This document shows positions 35,911 through 46,487 of a stretch of 64,000 bases of DNA, piece by piece; position 1 is the stretch's first letter, and every line of letters begins with the position of its first letter. Source of the DNA: Selaginella moellendorffii (lineage: Eukaryota > Plantae > Lycopodiophyta). Where the stretch lies: NCBI RefSeq assembly GCF_000143415.4, contig NW_003314330.1:774089-838088 (forward strand), in the 5' to 3' direction. Below the pieces are notes generated by a model. It saw nothing but the letters and a program-made list of their open reading frames with translations. It was not told the DNA's origin and did no database searches. Made by a program: the position numbers and the translations under genes.

Positions 35911-38900
35911 TGTGAGTGCATGGAATATGAAAAAAGAATACAAAAATGTGCATATCAATTAGCCTAAAAACCCTAGTTTATATATAGAAGTGAGTGGTCT
36001 GGATTGAAACCAATCCAACGGCTACTAAAATCCCATTACGCTAATATTAATATACAGCATCATAGCCATATACACTTGGCCCTCACATCATCCCTTCCTC
36101 TCAGAAAAATGGAAGGCCATCAGGGTTCTCTTGTGGATGGGCTCAGATTTGGAGGAACATCAAGAGGAGGCATCGGTGGATTTGTAGATGGTATTAACTG
36201 CTCTTGATCCCTTTGTATAAAGCGTTTTAATTGCTGCACATGCACAATCTCCGGAGGATCGGCCTGCTGGACGTCATGCCAAACCTCATAAACTTGTGGT
36301 CCAACTTGCCGCAACACCCGATACGGTCCTTTCCACTGCACAAGGAGCCCCTTAGATAAACCACATACCGTAAGATGGGGAAAACGGACTAACACTAAAT
36401 CATCCACTTTGTACTCTGCAAGGGGACGATGATGGGAGTGGTAGCACCATTGTTGTCCTACTTGTACACGGCCTAAGTGTTCGGCAAACTCTGCTCGGAT
36501 AAGGGGAATAATGCTTGTCAAATATTGATCCTACGACTTAATATCGGGAGCTCGTGGCAATCTCGAAGATAAATGCAACTCTATTGATAATATTGGATCA
36601 TGACCATATAGGAATTTATATGGTGAAGCACCAATAAAACTCTGCACCCCTGTGACATAGGCATATTGAAGAGACGGCAAATAACCATCCCAATTTGAAT
36701 GCTGAAAGTTCATATACTTCACAATCATCCCTTTGAATGTCCGAACAAACCGTTCCACCAGACCATCTGATTGTGGATGATAAGCACTCGTGAAAGTGTG
36801 GTGTATCCCCAACTGAGATGTCAAAACATGAAATGCCTCAGCCATAAATGCAAGACCATTATCCAAAAGAATCTACTCTGGACAAGAATGCTGGAACACT
36901 ACTCGATTGAGGAGGAAGTATCCAACAGTAGTTGCCGAGGCACTAGCAAGAGCACCAACTTCCACCCAACAAGTCAAGTAGTCAAAAGCAATAATAACAT
37001 ACTCATTGCCAGTAGTCAACCGTGGAAAAGGTCCCATAAGATCAAATGCCACCAACTCAAACAGACGGGAAATTGCAATTGACTCCAACCGTCCTTCTGC
37101 AGCACAAGGGGGAGTATTACGAGCTTGGCACCAAACGCAACTACGCACATACTGGATAATATCACGTCGCATCTTCAGCCAATAGAAAGACTTGTGTAGC
37201 TTCTCAATCACACGACAATGTCCCATATGCCCACCTAAAATAAGAGAATCATGGTAGGCATGCAGAATAAAGATAGAAGGCACCACCAGCCGTAAATGAT
37301 CATCAGGATCCGTCCCTATAAAATAAAGAAGGCCATCTTGAAGATAATATTGAGAATGTAAATGCTGAAAAGGCAAGTCATCAGTAAGTGATGCAAGATT
37401 CTTAAATGCATCTCGAAACCTTCGAATCCACGTCTCAATATTTTTAGCCTCGCGAACCTTATCAAGAGAAGGTAGATCTTGCTCTACATCTTGTGGACAC
37501 TGAACATTAAGTATAGCAACCGCCGACGGCACAGAATCCTTGTCTAGAAAATCCACAGATGCTGGAACAACAGGCTCATCAGAAACATGAGAAAAGAGTG
37601 GAGAAGGAAGAGGAGCTCGAGAAAGGGCATTAGCATCAGCCATAGAACTCCCTGGGCGATGAACAACATCAAAATTATATATCTGAAGCTTTAAAGCCCA
37701 CCGAGCAGTACGACCAATCAGGTTCTTCCGCTTCAATAATGAAGTAACGGCAGCATGGTCACTTTCAAGTAACGTCCGAAAACCATGTAGATATGCATGA
37801 AGTTTTTCGAAACCTTAAACTGCTGTTAAACACTCCTTCTCTGTCGTGGAGTAGTTCACCTCTGCTGGTTGTAACGTATGGTTTATATATGCAATGGGAT
37901 GACGCTAACCAAGCACACTCAGGCTTTCTTGCATCAACACACCTCCAAGACCACTATCAGAAGCATCTACGTGCAAAATAAAAGGTCAAGTGTAGTCAGG
38001 ATATGCCAAAACCAGAGGAGTTGTCAACAGCTTTTTGAGATCCACAAATACCCGCTCACAATCTGAAGACTAGATGAAAGATGATATTGATGACTTTAGC
38101 AATGCTCGCAATGGTGCAGTGCGATCAGAAAGATGATCCACAAAACGACCGAAATACTGCACCTTGCCTAGGAAGCGCTACACATCATTCACACACTTCG
38201 GAGTAGGGAACTTTAGAATGGCTACAAGTTTGTCAGAATCAACTTGCAAACTTTCACGAGAAATACGGTACCCAAGATAAGTTGTGTCCTTGGACCCAAA
38301 CATGCACTTCGACTGTTTCAGCTTTAAACCAACATCCTGTAGCCGATCTAACACTTTACACACATCACGAATGTGCTCCTCCCACGTCCCCTCCGAATGA
38401 ATCAAGACATCATCAATGAAGTCAGTAGTCACCTTTAACATATCACAAAGAACTTCGTCCATCATCCGCTGGAAAGTTGCTGGAGCATTGTTCAAACCAA
38501 ACAGCATCACCAAGAACTCGTACAAACCAAACGGTGTACGAATTAGTATTGGGACTCAGGAACATCTGCTTCGGCCATCAGTACTTGCCAGTACCCAAAA
38601 GCTAGCTTGGTGAACCAACGACTTCGCCCTAGACGATCCAAAAGATTAGCAGTGTGAGGAAGAGGGTACACATCTGGGATCGTCACTTCGTTTAACGGAC
38701 AATAGTCGATGCAGAAATGAATACTCCCATCAGGCTTTGTCAGAAGATGAGGTTCACATGCCCAAGGACTCTGCGACTTCTGAATAACACCCTTTTTCAA
38801 CATCTTCTTGATGTTTGCGAGTAAAATCTTGATCTCCTTGGGTGACCGACAACAAATAGGAACCTTGATTGGATGAGCATCCTCGGTGGGAATCGGATGA

Positions 38901-40896
38901 CATGTGGCAATCTTGGCACCAGACAATAGATCAAATTCAAAGAGATCAGAATACTCCTTGATGAGCCGGTCAACAGCTGCAACACAAAAATCATCAAAGG
39001 GATTGGAAAAGGGAAGAGCAGAACAAGATGGAAACATAGGAGGAAATAGTGGGGGAACAAAAGTAATGGAAGCAGAGGTAGAAGTAGAGGGACGAAGAGG
39101 TATGGAAATGAGAAGAATGGATGAAACATAAGGAAGTATGAGACAAGGGGGAGAAGCCTCAAAGTCACACTTGGCATAATTGCGTTGCAACCAATCCATA
39201 CCAAGAATGAGGTCAAAAGCTTGATTCGGCACCACCCGCAACGACTGCAACTCAAGCTCGAGATCGCCCACACGCACAACCAGGTCCACCTCATCTCGTG
39301 CACATGCCGTTGCCAAAAGGAATGAAAATTGGATCTGCCACACGACGCAAGTGTAGACGACAATGTGTGGCAATAGGTCGAGCAATAGAAGATAAACTCG
39401 AACCTGTATCAACCAACACGGAGAGAATAATAGGAGACCTCTTGTTATAAAAACGAGCTTGGAAAGTAAACACTAGATGAACCGGTGCCAAGTGAACCCT
39501 TTGATAATACTCTCGAAAGAAAGATGGAGGGGTTGCTAACTTATTCGCATAAGATCCCTCCGTTACTTGCGAAACTCCTCATTTCCTAAATGCACCTTGG
39601 TGTCCAAACCTTCCACCGCAATAGCACCAACGGGACATTGCTGACGCCAAGGTCTCCACCCAGGAAATGGAGGTCGTCAATCCGGAAAGTGCTGACAACG
39701 TCGATAAGTATAACCAACCTCATCACACGCCCAACAACGAATATCACGGCCACAACCACGTCCTCGCCCTTATCTTTGGACTTGAGTAGCAGTAGCATCA
39801 ACCTCCATTGGAACAGGACCATCACTCATAAGAAGTGGAGTTGAAGGACGTGCAGCAAGAAGTGGAAGAGGTGATGTCTCATAATGTTGTGCCAAGCGAA
39901 GAGCATCATCAAGGGTGGCAGGAGCAAGTGCATACACAAGTCCAACAAGATCTTGACAAAGTGCTGGCCACAACATTCCTAGCTTGACCCTTTCCGACAT
40001 ATTGGGTTCCACACGAAGCAAAAGACTTCGGAAACGAACACCAAATTGCATCACCGACTTAGATGGCCCTTGGCAAAGACGATGCAATTGTTGGAAGGCA
40101 TCATCACTATTGTCAGCATGTTCGAAGGCGCATTTGAAGACGTCTGGAAGAACACTCCAATCCCCACAAGTGGCTGCGCTCAATCCATTGTACCACTACA
40201 ACGCCGTCCTTTGGAGACACGTGGGGAACTCACGCAAATGTCGAGCATCAAATGATATGTGGCAATCACCATGAAGTGATTGAACCAATGGTATACATCA
40301 TCCCCAGGATTCCCACGAAAGAACTCCAGCCGAACGCGAGGATTGGCACCAAGAGCAGGAGAAGTTGGACCACATGCCGTGAATGCCGCCATCAATTGAG
40401 TTTGGTTGGTCAATTGCAAGCGCATAGCATCAAGCAATTGAACTAACTGCTACTCTAAAGTCAAATGAGGAGATTGTTGATCTGCCATGAAGATGAACGA
40501 AAAAGAAATAGCAAAAGAAGAGAAATGACAAAAAGCTGGAAGGAAATGGTAGATCTAGACAATGCAAAAAGCTAAATCTAAACCAAAATCTTGAAAGGAA
40601 AGAACAAAAAAAAAGAAATGGAAAAAGCTAGATTTAGATGATGCAAAAGTTAGATTTAAACCGAAATCCCAAATCTAAGCACTCCCCAAGGACAATCAAA
40701 GGTGCCCCTCATCTCCACCAATGTGAGTGTATAAAATATAGAAAGGGAATACAAAAATGTGCATATTAATTAGTCCAAAAACCTTAACTTATATGTAAAA
40801 TCGAGTGGTCCGGATTGAAACCAATCTGACAGCTACTAAAATCCCACTACATTAATATTAATATACGGCATCGTAGCCGTACACTTGGCCCTCACA
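35911..40896 (-). mobile_element. Degenerate non-chromovirus Ty3/Gypsy element with short LTRs (35911-36087, 40722-40896)
   Basis: Diverged TGTGAG...CTCACA LTRs. PBS TGGTGGAGATG (40710-40720, tRNA-Ala-like). PPT GAGAGGAAGGGATGA. Flanks CCTT/CCTC. Frameshifted gag, PR (VDTGS), RT (FIDD), RH, INT (HPQSDGLVER, KGPY). No chromodomain. Confidence 0.9.
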
Positions 40897-41845
40897 CCTC
40901 CATTTTTTTTTAATTAAAGTTTGCTAAACACTTGAGTTGCATACAAGTGAGATAAAAATGGTATTATAACTCTTATTGTCATCCATTTATGAAGTGCAAA
41001 ATGGATGATCAAATGTTAACTCATCCTCCTAATCTTAAAGTGTGTGGTTTATCTAAAATGTTTGTTCTTAGTTAGAAGGGATTATATAGAGTGTTATTGC
41101 AAGTTGGGCTACAAGTTTATAAAGTTTGACATAAAATTTAATAGGTTAGGCCTATCAACAAAAAACCGTAGTTATTTTCCATTTTTTCGAGAGAAAGGGA
41201 TGTTATGAAGTTTAAATTTATGGCTATGATGTTGTATATTATTATTAGTGTAATGGGATTTTGATATTCATCAAATTAAATTTAATTTGGACCATTTACT
41301 CTTAGGTTAACATGAATATGCATATTCTCATATTTAGGACCTTTACTTTTGAAATAAGTAGTACTACCCAATCCCAATGACATTTAATCCTAAGTATCCT
41401 AAAACCTTTAACTAATTAAAAAAAAAGGTGCATTTTTTTTCATAGGCCCTTTTTCTATATATTTGAACTCCTATGGATTATCTATTGAGTTGTTTTCCTT
41501 AATTGCTAACATTTTTAATTTTTTATTATGCAAATTAAAACAAAAGCTTGAGTGTTAGTCTACAATTAGTTAATAACTCTCAATTTTCCACATGTTGTTA
41601 CTTAGAACAAAAGTTTTAAAAAACATAAAATTCTTTAATTAATACTTATGCTTTATGATTTAGCCAATTATTAAATTTTGAGAGAAAGAATGTTATTGGC
41701 TGCATTACAACATAAATAATGAAAGTTACGTGTGTAAAGTAGTAATTTCAAGTCATATGTGTGGTACCATCTACACAAGTTTTGCCTCTGATACTTTTGA
41801 AAGACATAGATTCACCAAGCTTAAATCTTAAGATTTGAGTTGTAA

Positions 41846-42787
41846 ATGTTTAAAATAATGTTCTCTATCTTCTTGATATTATTCATAAAATTTACTATTT
41901 CAACTATAAATTTTTATCTACAAAATAGTATGACAATTGAGAGTGTTAATTTAGTTATTCTTGCTCTTGAATTAATGATTAATAACACTGAATCTGGAGA
42001 GTTACCAAAAGGTCAAAGTATGCAATATGATTATACAATACAAGATGATATATATGGTCCTTTAAGCATGACAAATCAAATATGGATTTATAGTTCAAAT
42101 AGAAAATCTATTGATACAACTTGTGGAGCAAATCTTGTTGAATATGAACACAATGATGGTGATAATGTGAGACATAGACTGACTACTCTATTAAATTTAT
42201 ATCGTAATCATATTCTAAATTTACGTGCAAGATTTGTTAGAATAGTGTTTGGTTCTTATGCTATTGAGTTTATGGAAAAATATTCTGCACGTGGATTACC
42301 ACAAATTGAAAATACTATATCCAATAATTTACATGATTGTAGAATTGATCTCACTACTTTAATTAGTAACATGCCTTACAATTCCTTAAAAGCTACTGAA
42401 TTTTTATTATCACCAAATAATAAAGCTTATTTATATTTACATTTAAATTGCATTCTTGCTTTATATGTAAGAAATGTTATAAAATGGTATAAAGGATCTT
42501 CAAATTTTAAAAACTGTGAATTTAAGATAGAAATGGATGGGAATATTATACTGTATTCTGATAATTCAATTATGGTTTGGTCTCCTAATATATATTGTAA
42601 TAAGAAGAGAAATTATGATATAGTAAAAACATTTCTTTCTCTTCAAAGTGACTATAATTTGGTATTATATGAATCCCATCAAAAAACATTTTTAAAACAT
42701 CCTAAATTGAAGGTATTGTGGGCTTCAAATATGCAATTAATTGTAATTTCTTTGCAATGCCCTTTGCAAATTGAGAGAAAAATGTGA
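41846..42787 (+). CDS. Secreted protein with unknown N-terminal domain and C-terminal bulb-type (GNA/B-type) lectin domain
   Basis: 313-aa intronless ORF with signal-like MFSIFLILFIKFTIS; LLSPNNKAYL, EMDGNIILY...VWS, LQSDYNLVLY...LWASN. Confidence 0.7.
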   Translation: MFKIMFSIFLILFIKFTISTINFYLQNSMTIESVNLVILALELMINNTESGELPKGQSMQYDYTIQDDIYGPLSMTNQIWIYSSNRKSIDTTCGANLVEYEHNDGDNVRHRLTTLLNLYRNHILNLRARFVRIVFGSYAIEFMEKYSARGLPQIENTISNNLHDCRIDLTTLISNMPYNSLKATEFLLSPNNKAYLYLHLNCILALYVRNVIKWYKGSSNFKNCEFKIEMDGNIILYSDNSIMVWSPNIYCNKKRNYDIVKTFLSLQSDYNLVLYESHQKTFLKHPKLKVLWASNMQLIVISLQCPLQIERKM

Positions 42788-42934
42788 TAATTTGTATACA
42801 ATTAGTCAAAAATTCTCAAAAGAAATAAAAACTCTACCTACTTCAATTGCTCCCTTAGAGAAACTCCTTAATACGGTTTCTATGTTTTTTGAGATGTAGT
42901 TTAGATTTACATGCAGTTTAAGGGTAATTTGAAG

Positions 42935-45326
42935 TTAAAAGTGAAGAACCCTAGAAATATTTCTCTTTCGATTCATTCTCACGGCGATCGGGCTGCGCAC
43001 AACGTGCACTCCATCTTCCCAGGTGAGATCCGAGAAGCTCCATTTCGGCGCTTGGGGATCCGCCGCTATGGATCCCTTGGCGGAGACGGTGACGCTGTAG
43101 CTCAGCTTCTGTCCGGCGCTTGTGAAGCTCAGCTTGGTGGGAGTGACCGAGATCGAGATTCCTTTGGCGCTTCCCACGGAAGCGGTGTAGGTCGCGCTGG
43201 GATTTCCCACATTGGTCACTGTCCTCTCCACCGTCTTGCTGGATCCATCCAAGAGGACTGCGATGGAGGGATAGTTGAGGCTGAAAGAGGTGTCGTTCTT
43301 GGGGCATTTGCTGCTACTGTCGCCTGTGATGTTTTGGATTTGCTTGGAGGTATAGCCCGAGTTACAGAGATAGGTGATATAGTCGAGAGGATCAGTGTCA
43401 TAGACTAGTCCTGGATCGACTGCTTTTGCTGGTTGGATCTCACCGTTTCCAACGTCGAAAACAGTCGCTGCCTTGTTAGTGCTTGGATCGACGATTGTTT
43501 TGTTGGTGTTGTCTTTAGTGATAGCTGCCAAGAACACTCTTGAGTCTCCAGTTTTATTTTGTTTTCTCTCGACTTACCTGTGGTCATGACTGCTGATTTG
43601 ATCGCCGCAGGACTCCATGTTGGGTGAATGGATTTCAAGTAAGCGATGGTGCCACTGACGTGAGGGCACGCCATGGAAGTTCCAGACAGAAAAGTGTACT
43701 CCACGAACACTTCCTTTCCATTGTCAGTGTCGGGGATATTGCTTGGCCAAGCTGCTAAGATCTCGACTCCTGGAGCGGTAACGTCCGGCTGCAACGCGAG
43801 ATAAGTCACAAGCTTCATGGTATGTCTTTCGAGTACCTTGATGATATCCGGACTGATTGTGTGTGGACCTCTTGACGAAAACTCTGCTACGACAGGTGCT
43901 GGCTTGTAAGGAATCGTTGTTCCTCTGAGAATTCGTGATTTACGACTGCACAGAAACCACAAGGCCAAGAGTAAGTTTCCATCACCTTTTGACCATCTGT
44001 TATACTTACTTGGCTGCTATTTTAGCATCCTCGTTGATCTCCCTGTCGATTGTACTGGCACCAACTGTGAAGATCCAGGGAGCACCGTTGGACACCGATC
44101 CAGTAAATGGTCCAGAGTTTCCACCAGCGCAAGAGACCATGATCCCTCTTTCGACGGCGTGATAGGCACCAATCGCAATGACGTCTACGCTGTAAACTGC
44201 GGGATAGCCTCCGAGTGAGATGGACAGGACATCCACGCCGTCGTTGATGGCATCGTCGAAACCCGCAGCGATGTCAACCTCCTCGCAGCTATCCGTCCAG
44301 CAGACTTTGTACATGGCGATCCGAGCATTTGGAGCTCCTCCTCGGGCCGTGCCAGGAGCGAGTCCTCTCTTACTCGCGTGCGGAACCAGGCTCCCAGCAG
44401 CTGTCGACGACGTATGAGTTCCATGTCCAACCGAGTCTCTCGAGTTCTTGTATGGACCCGTCGAGACTTTTGCTCCGTTATAGTATCTGGCTCCAACGAG
44501 CTTCCTGGTAAGGAGTTCATTCATCACTTTAGTCTAATCTTGTGGCAAACTCTAACACGTACTTGTTGCAGTTGACAGTCTCATTGGCTTTGGTGCCTGG
44601 TGGATTGACGCAAGTTCCTTTCCAACGAGCTGGCACAGGTCCCATGTCGGTGTCCTTGAAACTCTCCGACTCCGGCCAGATTCCTACGCACAGAAGAAGT
44701 AAGCACAGCGAGCTTTTTCGAGTGAGTTTTGTGAAGTTACCTGTGTCCAGAAGCCCGACGATCACGTCAGTGGGAGCACTTGGAGATCCAGCGTGACTGC
44801 TTTTGGCTGGCATGGCCATGCCGAGGAAATCCCACGAGTGTGTTGTCAGTGGATGGAGCGTTTTGCTGGGATAGATGTTGAGGACCTCAGGCATTCCTAC
44901 ACAGTGGTAACGATCAGTTTGTACTTGTCATGTGTTAAGCAATGACTAACTGGAGATTGTTTCGGCCTCTTGTTCGGTCAGGTACGCCGAGAATCCACTG
45001 AAGGCGTACTTGTAGCTGAAGATGATGGACGAGCGAGCATTCTCGATGCTGCAAAACAAATTCTCGGAAGCGTGAGCGTCGCCAAGACACAAAAGGAATC
45101 GATCAAACCTTCCAACAGCTCTGGCAAGTATGTCATGGTGGATCAAGGTGAGCTCGCTCGATTCCACTCCTTTGCTAGTTCCCAGATATGCGATATAGGC
45201 CTGGAAGTTTTTCCACTTTGAAGCTTTAAGCACGCTGGAAATCATTCTCACCTTCTTTGTAGGAGACCCGAGAATCGCTTGGCACTGGAAGAGCAAGCAA
45301 GCAAGAAGTAGAAGCTGGAAAACCAT
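42935..45326 (-). CDS. Subtilisin-like serine protease (S8A) lacking the PA domain; exons 45326-45252, 45200-45109, 45048-44951, 44896-44741, 44683-44563, 44504-44010, 43945-43837, 43788-43578, 43524-42935
   Basis: Signal peptide, I9 prodomain ([13 protein letters not shown]), TTHSWDFLG, triad LLDTG / GHGTHT / [10 protein letters not shown], Fn3-like C-terminus (LNYPSI, RTVTNVG, HVVRSPI). Eight in-frame GT-AG introns. Confidence 0.93.
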
Positions 45327-45632
45327 CTTTGCTTGCCTGCTAGGCTTGAGAAGCTATGGAGGAGAAAATCTTATTTATACTTGCGATTATAATTGTCATT
45401 TAGAATGTGTTAGAATGTGGAAGATTCTTTAGCGAAGAACTATTGTGAATGATACTCAACGTAGGAATTTTTCTGGGATTGTAAAAGACAGGACATTACT
45501 GTCACTATTTCACGTTTGACTTTTTTCGTTTTTACGCGGAAGAGCTTCACAGTTTATTTACTTATTAATTAATGGTAGAATCTTCACATTTTTACAAAGC
45601 TCCAAACAGCTTGGAGCTGTTCTTGTGTTTTT

Positions 45633-46470
45633 TTATGCGGCAGTGGCTGGATCTTTGCCGCAACCCAAGAGCAAATGCGTGATTATCATGTTTCCTCGTC
45701 TCACCGATTCGGCCAATCGTCCCACCAGCGGGAGCTTCACTGTGTCTCTCGATTTTAATGGCTGCTTATGCCACCTGAAAACACGAAGTAAGTCTCTAAA
45801 CAAAGTAGATCATGGCTTACAAGTCTTGGTGGCTGATCACTTTCCCATTCTCGACCTGATCAAAGAAGAAAGAATCGAAGCTGTGAGAGATTCTTCTGAC
45901 GAAAATGGAAAAGAGATTCTTCTCAAGCTTTTCTTAATACCTTGAGCTTGATGAGCATGTCAATTTTCCGGCCCAGAAACTTGCAGTGTTGGACGTTGTC
46001 AATGCGAATCTCTCCATTCTCTGGCTCTTCCACAACACTGTAGTTGTCCGGGATTCGTCCCTCGCTAAACACCTTCCAATCCATCAATGCGTTAGAAGCG
46101 GAATCACTCGAATTTGTAGACATGGCTTCTCTTCTCTTACTTTGGGAATGGAGTAGAAGGCTGATTTGATCTGCAGGACACTGCGCAAGAAAGAAATCAC
46201 ATAGAATGAATCGATTGAGTGAGAGAGCGATGCCTTGATACCCATTTGCGCGCATTAGCAGGTCCTCAAACATGGCATTCGATGTGTAGACATCAAAATC
46301 CACTGCGGTTGCCTTGCAATTGTATCTAAAACCATGAAATCTCAAGGGATTGGCAGTGAAAGCAATCAAAATGGCACACTTACAGGTTGAGAATGTGAGG
46401 AAGAATGCTCCACGTGAGCTGACTCAGGCCATTTGGCGCCAAGAACGCGTCAAAACGATACGCTGATTAA
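45633..46470 (-). CDS. Conserved plant NTF2/SnoaL-like protein, 5' end not found; exons about 46470-46384, 46325-46242, 46180-46141, 46072-45941, 45855-45821, 45774-45633
   Basis: Spliced product ILPHILNLYNCKATAVDFDVYTSNAMFEDLLMRANGVLQIKSAFYSIPKVFSEGRI...IDNVQHCKFLG...VENGKVISHQDLWHKQPL...LPLVGRLAE...GKDP. No in-frame ATG before a stop near 46470. Confidence 0.7.
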
Positions 46471-46487
46471 TAATTGTACCAAAGAAT

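Noticed and set aside
40710-40720. tRNA-like sequences here and at 57501-57517 and 26454-26464
   Set aside because: Primer-binding sites of 11-17 nt, not tRNA genes.
41846-42787. S-domain receptor kinase
   Set aside because: The lectin is C-terminal; no EGF/PAN, TM or kinase follows.
42911-43408. 165-aa plus-strand ORF
   Set aside because: Antisense to the last subtilase exon.
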